Origin: Balanoglossus misakiensis
Lineage: Eukaryota; Animalia; Hemichordata
DNA: 64,000 nt
Assembly: GCA_040954595.2 (NCBI GenBank)
Contig: CM082582.2
Location: 7,814,063-7,878,062, forward strand
Direction of reading: 5' to 3'
In this document: piece after piece, positions 49,996-62,457 of the stretch
How positions within the stretch are numbered: position 1 is the first letter of the stretch
Layout: every line of letters starts with the position of its first letter
Made by a program: the position numbers and the translations under genes
Notes under the pieces: model-generated
What the model was told of the DNA's origin: nothing
Seen by the model: the letters and a program-made list of their open reading frames with translations, nothing else
The model's database searches: none

Positions 49996-52900
49996 ATGGC
50001 AGCCTGCAGTGAATCGTTGCGTGTTGATAGAGACAAGCTGGACCCCACGTTCGATGGGTATAAATTGTCGTTGGACCCACTCCCAGTGTACAGTCTGTCG
50101 ACAGAGAGCGGTAAGTATTGTTTTGTCCCGTCCTTTACAAGGCCGTGACATCTGACATAGGTATCAGGGATTTATGGCTGATGAGCGGTCTGCCATCAAT
50201 CAATCAACCTATCGTGTACATGTACACACTACTGAACGCAAGCTCCACGTCATCTTCTCCACGTCGCTGAACAAACGCTGCAGGACGCTGCAATAATTGA
50301 CATGACCGTGAGCATGCACAATTTCTTTAATACAGCCGTGGTTCTTCTCACTACCTTAGTGGATTTTTACCTGTGCTAGGGGGTACTATTCAATATTGTA
50401 TTGAAATTGCATTGTGGGTAAAAAGGTCGACAACTCAACAGTCATAGGGAGAATTGAAACAAATAAATAAATAAGTAAAACTTGTAAACCTATTCCTAAG
50501 GTGGCATGGAATACTCATGGAAGTATACAATACAATATTTTTTGTCAACAGGTGTAGATGAAGTAAAGCTGCATGAAAACCAGTATTCGTTGCAGCATGT
50601 GAAAGCGTTTGGGATACACAACTATTTGGTGATGGACCAATGGAATCCACACTGTGTATTCTTTGTTGATGACCAGTGGAAAGTCAAGCAGATGAGAGTT
50701 GTACTGGTTAGTAAATAGCAAAAACATGGAAGTTTTTCACCTTACATTTGCAAAGTTCTGAACATTTTGAAGGAAGACCAGAAGTCAAGTTACTTTGGTA
50801 TGTCGCTGATGTGTTACATGGTCATCAGTATTGTCAACATACAAAATAGCTGATTGTGACCCTCGTGGCTTTGTTTTGAGAATGAGATTTTTATCGGGCT
50901 TTCACGAAGAAATGACTTCTTTGCAGTGATCACTGAATTGTGTGTTGGTGTCTCAGCGAGCTTTTGTTTGTGTGTTCTTTACTCCAGGAAACCCAGCTAG
51001 AATCCACCAAGACAGTATTCCAGATACCAGCGTCCAATCACAAATCAGCTTCCAACAGGCACTTTGTATCGTTTCATTTCCCAAGTCCCCATTGGTCAGT
51101 CCTGGCTGATGGTGCTGGATCACTGTATATATTAGAGACAGGCAACAGGGACCAAGAATCACCTCCAGAATGGAAGGTATGTAAATGTGTGATATACCAG
51201 TAATAGGAGAATATACAAACTGTATACACTTACAGGAAAGGGGGACTTTGTCACAATGGAAGGTAGATGGGGTACTATGTGCTCAGTCGCTGTGGCTGTC
51301 ATCTCTCAGATAAGCTAGCTAGCTTCTGAATTCCTGCCAATATTTACTGATTCTGTTACAGATAGCGCATTCTGAGGCAGTGTGTGGCAGTGAAAGGCCC
51401 TTCGTTGTGTTGGACTCCATTGTACATGTGTCAGACTCGAAGTGCACCATTGACTGTCTGCTGATATATATCGAAGAAGCTAAGCCGGACAGCTCCGAGG
51501 AATCAGAGTCCTCAACATCCCATTTTACATCGGTCATTGAATGGGTCACACTCACCAGACAAGGAGGTAGGTCAGCTATCTTGGTGGTTTGTTAGTTTGC
51601 AGTGTGATCCAATATGGTTGCCATAATTCCATTTTTCTTATCTGGAGCCATACATAGCTGATTCGTCTTCCATCCACCACATTGTAATTTAACCCATTCA
51701 CCCCCATTTCCCTGTATAGAGGTCCATCACTGCCACTGAGAACAATGGAGTTGGACGAAACCATGGTGGTGAGAGGGTTAAAATGTAGTAAAATGTGGCC
51801 GCCGCTCAGTCATTTTTCTGTGGATTTTAGTGGTGTTCAGGGTTGGTAGTGAAAAACACCTGAAATGATTTCTTTTACTGTTGGTACATGCTCTGTGAAC
51901 CATACCAAATGTGTACAACTTTCTGACAGTTACAGACCAGTTTGAAGTGGAAAGAAAGCGGAAACTGCAGTCCAAGGCAGCGCCTCAGTACGCGGCATTG
52001 GAGCCATCGGCTGAAGCTGTGTACATTGCTGCTGACTCCGACTATGAAATGGTGGAAGACTCGGTCAAACCTGTGAAAGTCAAGGACACCAAGGACAGCA
52101 AACGTCAGAAAGGTACATTGTAATGGATGCCAGTTGAGATAAAGGATATCTGTGCATGGTGTGAAAAAATTACGCAGGGATTATAGAAATGGGATAAATA
52201 TGTGGACAACCTATTAAAACTTAGACCATATCAATTATGGTATTTACAGCACACCAACTATGTGTTACATGTACATGTAACTGGGTAGCTGTTTATCAGA
52301 ATAAGTTACTAATCGCTGTGGCTGGTGCATTCAAATTCTGTGTGTTGCCCATGTGTCTGATGCGCATGTGAAAGTGTGCATATACTGGACCATCCTGGGT
52401 TTTATAAGAAACCAAAAACGCACTTACTGTGATATGCTGAATGAAACATTGCATATTAAAGAAACAACGTCATGTATTCATGATAAAATATCTGATGGTC
52501 AGCATGGTTTATCCAGGCCTATGTTTTTCCCCCTTGCTCTAGATACTGTCTACAGTTGGACTCAGTCCGTGGATGATGTGACCGTAACGTTCATTCTACC
52601 AGAGGGAGTCACCAAGGCGGACATTGACTATAAACTGACGTGCAAGGACGTAATTCTGGAAATCAAAAACCTGGTGACGTTACTGCAAGGAGATTTGTTT
52701 GCAATGGTGGACGTTGAAGCCAGCACCTGGACAGTGGAGAATAGGAAGTACGCGTGGGGTTTGTCTTTAACCATTCCCAGGTTGTTCTCAGTCGTGAATA
52801 TCAAATTCTCCTTGGGGGTGGGTGGGGGTGGTAGTGTATTGTCAGGATTTTCTAGGCTTTACCAGTCTCATCAATTGAAACTCAATCAAGTCTCATGCAG

Positions 52901-54254
52901 CTAGAATATTACATTCCAGCCTTTCTGCTGAATTCTCAAGAATATGTCGTAAAGCTGCATTTTACATCTGTATTCTAGGTTTGAACTGACACTGGCCAAA
53001 GTAGAGAGCGGTCCATTTTGGTCAGAGGTAGTGAGGGGTGACAAACGAGGGGAGTATGTCACTGATTCTGACCAAGCCGCAGAGATCCACGAAAGACTGT
53101 CTCATCTGACCTCCGACCAACTGGTAAGTTTTCCCTTGCAGCCTCAGTGAAGCCAGAGATACCATATGATGCAGTTTGCCTCTGTAAATGTGATTCGTGG
53201 TTTGATGCAGCAGCTTGAAAAGCAGGTATGAGGATGACGACCCCCGGGTATTTACCACGCACAACTGGGGTTGGATATTAGTGTCTAGTGGGTAAATGTC
53301 CAGGGGGTAACCATCCTAGAACTCCGCTTTTGAAAATGATACACATCACCAACTTTCCTGAACTGCACTGATCCTGCAGTGTACAAGCTTGCCAGATACT
53401 GTAGGTCACTTTCTTTCAAGATAAATTTATCACTTGATTGGGTGTTCCTTTTTTTTCAGAGCATTAGCAATGATGAAATAAGACCAGTATACAACACGCA
53501 GGAGTTGGAAGAGTGTGATGCATTTCCCGAAGACTCGTCTGCCATGGCTAGAATTGATGGAAATAAGCATGAGATCACGAATAAGGTTTGTGCCCTCAGA
53601 CATTTTTTTTCCATATGGCTTTCAGACATCCCTCAGTATTAGTGCATGAGCAAAGAGATAAATACTTTAATGCAGCAAAATGATAGCTGTTTGGGTTGGT
53701 ATAGAGTATCTCTCGCACTTACAGTTTGTAAAATATACTCGTAAATTTAGGTAGCACACACAAAGCTATGTAATTATAATTCTGTGGTGTTTTCAATCCA
53801 GGTTAGTCTCGGCAGCAACCAGTGGCTGTTCAACGTCGCCATCGAACCAGGCAAGGCACCGGCCACCTGCTTACGTTATGACGTGGACGGGTTGATATGG
53901 CAACCGGAGAAGCCCGAAAATGGGGGATCACCATGGAAACACATTGCGACATTCAACGCCCTTGGCTATGTGCAAGCCTCGAAAAGGGACCGGAAATTTG
54001 CCAGCTGCGCACCCAACTTGTCGTACGTCGCTCTCTGCGACTGCTCAAGGCATTTGTACGTTTACAGACAGAGCCTGCCGACTCAGACTCCCCTGAGAAA
54101 CAGAAAGACGGGGAAAACGGTCGGCCAGGTAGCGAAGCAGCAACTTGTTACCTTGGATACGAATGACAGTATACTGGGATTCCAAGCAGCCAACGAGAGA
54201 TTGTATATACTCACAAAAGATAAGATATATCTTGTCAGAATTCCGAAGGCATAG
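49996..54254 (+). CDS. NUDCD1: NudC domain-containing protein 1. Exons 49996-50110, 50552-50706, 50988-51176, 51362-51566, 51936-52112, 52543-52747, 52979-53123, 53460-53585, 53802-54254
   Basis: [42 protein letters not shown] domain [50 protein letters not shown]. Confidence 0.95.
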
Positions 54255-56419
54255 AGCACTCCTATTTGGGCATTGCCTGTCTATAACTTGGGTAACCACA
54301 GTATCTGCAACTGCATGCTGTATCGGCTTAGAACTGCTTACATGTAAACAGGGGGTCACTGCCGACATGATTCAACTCGCAAATGATGTCATAGGGCAGC
54401 AATTTTGCTCAGAGGTGTCAGGTGTCAATGCAAACTGGAAGGCTAGACATAGTGCTCTGTTATCATATTTTGAATAAATTCTGCCAGACATTTCATTTTT
54501 TCCCTGTGGGTTTATTTTAATACATGTATATGGGTCAACAAATGGCAACTAAAAAATGCTTTTCCAGTCCAGTTTTACATAGGATTGGCTAAAGGGAAAA
54601 GATACAATCTGCAACTTTTTTTCTAATACAAAATCAAACTTTCGTATTCCAGGCTACTCCTTTAGGTTGTAGTCGACTTTTTCTAACTTTCTCTTCTTTT
54701 TCTTTAAATTCTTGTTGCTTTAGTGTATGCCTTTGCTTTGCTTCCAACATCTCCCTGGCATACAGATCGATTTTTTCCTATAAGAGAATTAGAGGAAAAG
54801 ATATTTGACAATTCCATGGTGACACAAACATTTAAGCTTTGATCGGCTTCAATCACTAATGTACCTCTGAGTCAGATATCAGTTATTTTTTGACCCTGCA
54901 CCGCGCTTAAATTCCCAGTGTTCTGATTGTCAACATATTCGCAATGACGGCAATGTGGTGGTTGTCAAATGAATGAATTCTTGTCTGTAAATGCTGTACT
55001 ATTTCATCATGCACAAACGTCTCATCTTCTGCACAGGCACATTGTCTCCTGTGCTTATGAAGAAAGGTATAACATCAATACAGCAAGGTCAGATTTTCCC
55101 TAATAGTACTCACAGCTGTTTCTCTTCTTATTCTTTGATTCAAAATCTGCCTCTGGGTCGGCGGAGCTGGTCTTCCGTCTGAAATTTAAAAACAAACTTT
55201 TCAGTTGAAATGAACTTTTATCACTGTGATCTGTTAGGCTGTTCATAATTTCACATTTAATCTCTTACTGTTTCACTCCCTTTGACCATATATGGGCATT
55301 ATTATGTAAATTATGGACTATTTCCTTACCTTCATATGACCAATCAGGCTGGTCAACTAGTGGCCCATAGTCTTGTGTTGGATTTCTTGCTAAGCCATGT
55401 CTAATTGAATACAAAAAAATCCAGCCTATATTGAAATTCACATGCCTATGTTGGAAAATATGATCAGATGTTTAAAATTATATAGTCTGGTAAGGGGGCT
55501 TCATGGCATATTGACTGGGATATCAATCTGTTATGATTCATAAGACAGCAGACAAGTGACTGAACCTTTCTCTCCATTTGCCTCCTGCTAGCAATGACGG
55601 ATTGGTACTAAACTTTCTCTGCTGACTCAAACATCTTGAACAAAGCAATACACGCCACAGTCCTGCTGAAATAAAACAAACCAACACCAGTTGTGAACTG
55701 TCAGTGTCGGCTATTAAAATCATATGGGTATGCCATTCTGGTGAAACTGCCCATCCCTCCACCCAGAAAAGTATACGCAGGTAGCAATAACATATTTCAC
55801 AAAGGTGAAAGAAGTCACTCAACTGCTTAAATCATTTGTATGACACCAGGGAAAAGTACAATACTGCATCTTGGCTGGGGAATTGCGCCCCCTGTAGACC
55901 ATTCATGAGTAGCTACGATCCGTACATGTGTGCACGCGTGCCTCATCGCTAGGAATTTGGGGGCAGTACTAGTATGGAATGAAAACATCTACTGTAAAAA
56001 CGGCATTACACAGGTAGCGGTACCTGTAACAACTCTCCACGGCAAGTTTTTGTCGCCCACTCCGGTCGAAACAACTCGAGATGCTGCAAGACCACCGAAC
56101 TTACCTTTTATGGGGGCAGCCATTTTTAATGTTTATTTGCTGTCGTTTTCTTTACTCGAATAATTTGAAATGCTACCATTTCCGGGTCTGGTTCTTGGAA
56201 ACCAACACGCAACAAGCGTCAGCGTTAGTCAGGTCCGATTTCATGCTAATACCTTGAGGTTATGTCAAAATATAGTCATTTTACATTTGACACAAAACCG
56301 AATAGGTGTTCGCCATACAGTACACCGGTACCATCTTTCCAGCCAGCTGGCTAGGGGCTGAGCACGGTCACGCCCACATTTAATACGATCGCTGTGTAAA
56401 CAAACAACACTTAAGGAAA

Positions 56420-59400
56420 ATGGCAAGTTCGGATTTTCAGATAATCAACAGCGATACATTAGATATACTTGGCATGGTAGGACGAGGTGCCTTTGGGGTT
56501 GTGTATCTGGCCAACCACAAAGATTGGGAAACTAAAGTGGCCGTCAAAATATGCGACTCTACTCCAAGTAATGTCAGGTAAGTTGAAGGGTAAAAACTTT
56601 ATCCTAAAGGTTTTAACATTTGTAGAGCTACAGTTGTGATAGAGTTAATCACTTAAATTCATTTTTGCATTTCCATATTTGGGGGGGGGGGTGCAGTTTT
56701 ATCATACACCTGTTTTAACACTGAGACCATGGCCATTATTGAAATCCATTATGATGACCTGGCAAATCAGGACTCTGCAGTAGCCCCCCCCCCCCCCACC
56801 TTTTTTTTCTGAATCACAATTGTGGTTATAGCTGCAATAATTGTTTGTATCATTGGGTCACTGTTGTCGTTTTCTAACTATGTCTGCTGAAATTATTGCA
56901 GCTACATGGTGGTATGGATGGCCCTGTCAAGATGAAACGTACACTGGGCCTATAGTCAACTTTCACAAGTTTCATTCGTTTACATTTTTGATCTCTCTCC
57001 CACAGCATAAATCAGAGCATTTTTGACGAAGCCAGAAAAATCAGCAGGGCCAATCACAAGTACATCATCCGACTGTACGGAATAACCGAAGCCACAGGAC
57101 TTTGTGGACTTGTCATGGAATACATGGAAAACGGTTCCTTAGAAAGATTGCTGAGGGATCTAAAATCTGCGGTCAACATACCATGGCCGCTGAGATGGCG
57201 CTTCCTCGCTGAATTATGTACAGGCATGAACATTTTACATAATCTGTCTCCAGCCAAAGTGTTTCATTTGGATCTGAAACCTGGTAATATACTTCTTGAT
57301 GAACATTTGTCTGTCAAGGTAAGATTTAGGGCTATAGGATTAGTATTGTTTGTACTTTGCATCAGTTGATAAACAACTTTGTGTCTGACAGATCGTGATA
57401 GACTCGCTGACCTAAAGCATTTGTACTGACTCTTTTATTTTGCAGATTACAGACTTTGGTTTGTCAAAAATCAGAACCTCACAAAGTGCGGGAAAAGTAG
57501 CTGGTGGTCCTGGAGGAACTGTCACACATTATCCGCCCGAATATTTTGATCAGATTAATTTACCAGTGACAGAGAAGTTTGACGTGTACAGGTATGTTCT
57601 TTTATTTTGCAAGATTACAGCTTTTGATTGGTTTAAATGAAATGTTAGCTCTGGTATTGTTGTTTGGGAAATTACGTGAAATGACATCGGGCAAAATATC
57701 TTTCTTTTTTTTTTGGTCAGCTTTGGTATTGTCATATGGGAAATTATCACCAGGGAACAAGTGTACAAACGTGAGTGACTTGTGCAAAGCTTTCAATTTG
57801 GAATATTCCTTACCGTGCTGTGATTTTCCCCCCAAAAAAACTATATTTGCATGGGGTCTTAAAGTGGAATGTTACCCAAAATTTAACTTTCACAGTAGAA
57901 TGTGCTCTGCAACAGGATTTGTATGGAATTGTTTATCCACAGATGCCATTAACAGTGCTCAAATAGAAACAGGAGTCAAATGTAACAACAGACCGGATTT
58001 GAAGGAAATACCAAGCGACATTCCCGATGACATGAAGACAGACCTGTTACCCCTGATGAAACAGTGCTGGGATCAAGATCCCAAAGAGCGTCCCTACTTC
58101 AAAGGTAAGGAAGGAATAGGAATCAAGAAAATGCCCATATTTAGCACAAAGCTTTTATTTGAATTTTGCATGGGATACCACTATCGTATCTATAGGCCTT
58201 GGGAACGCTAGTATACCATGCATGGTACATGTACATGATCAGTATGGCAGAATCAGCCCATCTAAACTTTCATAGCAATGAAGGAACCAGATCACAAGCA
58301 CTCTATGTAGATGAAGGTCATTGCCGTGTCATATTTTTGGGCACACCATGGTTTTGTGTATGAAGTACCTGTAATGTATTGATTAATAAATATAACAAGT
58401 AATGTCTCAGACCATAAACTTCAACACATGATTTGAGTGGCAATGTTCAGCCAAGAATTACAAACAGAAAGATTTTGAGTCATGGCATTATATACGGATG
58501 TTTCTGTTTTAATCAGAAATGGATGATTGTTTTCCCATAGATATGTTAGAGTTTTTCAACACAAAATGTACGTCTTGTAGGGGAGAAATTTTTCAAGCAG
58601 TAGCGGACGTTCACAAAGATCTGGTGAGTACAAACACTATTGTGCACGAGTTTGGTAATCAAAGAATCAATTTTGATTGATTATCCAAATTTATTATATT
58701 TCGATAATATAGAACCAGCATTTTCTGGATTCTATTTTCAAGGTAGTTGATTTCATGAATTTTTTTTCTCCAAATTTACACCCAAATGTTCTTAATTTTC
58801 CTAGGAAGATGCTGGCAAGAAAGAAATTGAGCTATGTAACAAGTTCAAGAACGTGCTCAGATTGGATGGTGCTGTCAGCCACACTCGGAGCACCTTCGGC
58901 GCTCTGTCCAAAGTTCCGACTCAAGCCACTGCAGAGACTGAGGGAGATGACAAGGATGACATGGACACAGCAGACTCAACAGGTATGGTGTGATCAAACT
59001 ATTGCTTACGAACACTTGTCAAAATCTGATGGGTTGTTATTCTGGGTCGCAGCGTTGAATTTTAGATGTCTGGTGAAAAAGTCGTGCATGGGATGGGTCA
59101 TGATACCAAATCACAAACGGACTTAATGTGCAGGTTTTACGTATATTACAGTGGTGAAGGTTTTAATCCTTTCACCCCCAGTTTCATCTAAAGAAGTCCA
59201 ACCTTACTATAGAAAACAATGGGTTAGGACTGAACCATAGTGGTGAAAGGGTTAACTGAATCTTTCCTGGTTGCATTTCTGTTTTGTCTGCTACTTGCAG
59301 TTATGATGACTCTTATTATTCTTAAAAAAAACTGTAGTCAGCAAACCACTAACGATGTTCTTTTAATTTTTGTATGATTCAGTCCATCCACCCATTCAAG

Positions 59401-60827
59401 CTGTTTCTAATGTTGGAAGTAATCAGAGTCCAGGTGGTAATGTAAACCCAAGTGGCAATTACAGGTATGTGTATGTATCTGAACAACCACAATATCAACA
59501 ACAGCAACAACAACAACAACAGGTGAGTTTTGTACAGCTCTGTGCCACAACCTAAATCATCGGGGGTCTTGTAGAATATTATTATAGGCACACTGTCAAA
59601 TCGTCATATTTCTTATGGATATACCAGTGACTTCGTCCTGGTTTGCTCAAATATTGTTAGGAAATTGAGCTCACATATGTAAAGTTTGGAGCCTGTTGGT
59701 CATAACTAATACATGTACTAGTATCTGCCACACTTCAGCGCACCAATTCCTATCAAATGAGAGCAAAATGTCTTTCGTGCTATTTGCATTAGAAAATCAC
59801 CTTCAAAACATCTTGGCAGGTTGATATTTCCGAGTACACAATGGTCCCTGACAAATGTCAAATACCGGTAGATCTATGAATTGATAATTGTTTGAATGAA
59901 AGATGGATATTTAAAAAAACTTTTTGTTTTTTATTTACTTTCAGATGCCCCAGTTCATGCAGCCACAGTACATGCAACCACCAATTGCATATGCACGTAA
60001 GTATTTTTGCAACCATACCGCCAATTTGTCAAAGCAATTATGCTTGGAAAGTCAACGGGACAAGGCCCAAAGATAGCCCTATATGACAATTTCTCACAAA
60101 TACTTATGTTCGTGTGCACAGAAGTTTCTTCTGTACTGCCTGTATAGTCAAGGCTTTGCTGTGACCTTTATCAACAGAAAATGTGTACAACATTCAAGAT
60201 GCATCTCAAGTGATGATTGGTGGGCCTGGAACTAGACAAGACACTAGATATCCAAATGCACCAATAGCGTCACCTGTAGCAGAGCGAGCTCAGCCAAAAG
60301 GTAAAATGAGATGCATTATAAAGCAAAGGAGTGTTGAGTATGTACAGTAAAACCTTGATATGATGAAAGTCCACTGTTTATAGAACACTGTTACATATCA
60401 CATGAATGGAACTTGTAGGGAGTTGAACAATGAACTTTTGTATATACACAGAATATTATACTGAAAATACCAAAAGTTAAAGCTACTATCACTTTAAAGT
60501 GAAACTAGATTATTGTAGGCCAGATATACATGAATAATGACTTATAAAACTTGTCCTTCAGAGCCAACTGCTACAGTTGCACCAAAGACATTACTGCGGA
60601 TTTCCAAGAATATTGGCCCCAAGTGGAAGGAGCTTGGAAGGTGGCTGCAGTTTACCGACCCCCAGATTGACACCATCGAAATCGACCACCACCATTACGG
60701 AGTCCAAGAGCAGGCGTATCAGATGCTGTATCGGTGGCACCAGAAAAAGGGCAGAGCGGCTACACACAGTATTCTCGCCGAAGCCCTGAATGATATTGAG
60801 CGACCGGATCTGGTCAGCCACCTGTAA
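56420..60827 (+). CDS. Second RIP kinase (RIPK2/3/4-type kinase domain) with RHIM-like motif and death domain, ~556 aa. Exons 56420-56577, 57006-57318, 57446-57591, 57721-57770, 57943-58104, 58541-58623, 58805-58982, 59383-59522, 59945-59996, 60178-60300, 60562-60827
   Basis: VGRGAFGVVYLANHKDWETKVAVK, LVMEYMENGSL, WPLRWRFLAELCTGMNILH, HLDLKPGNILLD, ITDFGLSK, GGTVTHYPPE, CWDQDPKERP; VYNIQDASQVMIG; DD GPKWKELGRWLQF...YGVQEQAYQMLYRW. Exons sum to 1671 nt in frame. Confidence 0.88.
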
Positions 60828-61170
60828 ATATATGTTTCTGTAAAATTCACCAAATCACTTGATTTTTGTACAAGCTGAGAGATGATTTTTTGATTTATGA
60901 AATCAAAATGTATCTTTTATCTTTAGTATTTTTTGCCTCTCTTACCTCTCAATGTTTTTTTTTAACCATGGAGTTTCAAAAACTAACCACATGCATATAT
61001 CCATTATAAACAGAGAGGCATCAAATTAGTCAATCCCTTCATATGGGAAGCGTGCGTGATGCACTATAATTCATCATTTGAACAACAACCTTCCTTGTAT
61101 AACAAAATAAAACATTCTTCTATATAAGTATTGCACATGTCTGATCTGTTTCGTTGACACACATCCATCA

Positions 61171-62258
61171 TCACATAGTGGCCAGTATCCTGGAGAATGA
61201 CACAACCAATACCATAATCATCTGTCCAACACCAAATACCATAGCGTAGAGTGGAAACATGGTAAATCCAGCCGCTCTGTGAACTCCTGCTATAGCCACA
61301 CCTGAAACCAGGAACGCAATGCAGGAATGTTACAGCATAAACTCTGAAGGCATACAGTCACCTATGCAAATTTGCCAGCAGTTTACCACGGGTGGTGCAA
61401 AGATTTAGCCAATCATGAAAATGACAGAGAGTCAGTAGAAGTGTGGGGTTTCTTACAACTCTCAATGTAATGTCACGTGAAGAGGTAAATCGAAAGTTCT
61501 CATTGTACACACACAGCCTTCACTAGCGCAGTGATGCTGAAATATTTTAATACAAATTTTGATAACATCAGCCATACTAATTATGAATGCATGAAAACGA
61601 TGTACTTACTGGTGATACTTCCCCCTGTGATGGGTCCAAGGAAGCCCATAATTATTATTCCCACAGGAATAAAACGTCCAATTTTGTGTTTTCGAAGACA
61701 GAAGAATGCAATGAAAGACGCTATTGCATGTACAAGCACCGAGGAGAAAAGAAACCATAGAAATACATGGTACCACATTTCTGTAAAAAAAAATATTTCA
61801 AAAGATTAATGCGAGGAAAATAAGTGATTTACACAATTATATGTATATCCACCCTTGAAACATTAATGATAGGGGAGTGTCTGTGATATCATGTGTGTTC
61901 CCACCCAAATCATCATCATCACCACCACCACCACCACCACCACCATCATCATCATCATCTTCATCATCATCATCATCATCATCATAATCATCATCATCAT
62001 CATTTCAACAACATGTACAAAACCTCAGTATAACAACTACCACTGCTACTACAACACTCAATAACCGTAAGGCAAAACATGGATGACATAATGGCAAGAT
62101 ATTGGTTTACAATGTACTTCCGTAAAACAACCCCAGCCTAGCCTTGCCCATGCAATGATCTGGACCTCACCTGCGAAGCCTTGCAACGGTTCACTTGACA
62201 ACCCGATGACACTCGCAAAGGAGTCAAGACTAGTGGTAAAATCTCGCTGGTTTGCCAT
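61171..62258 (-). CDS. TMEM170: Transmembrane protein 170. Exons 62258-62171, 61780-61610, 61301-61171
   Basis: EMWYHVFLWFLFSSVLVH...LRKHKIGRF...GPITGGSITS...AIAGVHRAAG...FGVGQ...SFSRILATM*. Confidence 0.93.
61909..62003 (+). repeat. (CAT/CAC)n microsatellite in TMEM170 intron 1
   Basis: Visible trinucleotide run. Confidence 0.9.
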
Positions 62259-62457
62259 TTTTCGCGAATGCCTTGAAGATCATAGAGATATGAAACAAAT
62301 TTCAACCACGATCACAGATGAGCACCAATGTTTACGTCGGCCATGTTGAATTCATTTGTTCGCGCACTCTTCACTCCAGTAAATCACCTTCACACGCGAA
62401 GATTCGTTCGCGCACGTTTCAAACAAAATACTGCGTTTCTCGTGAAGTAGATATAAA

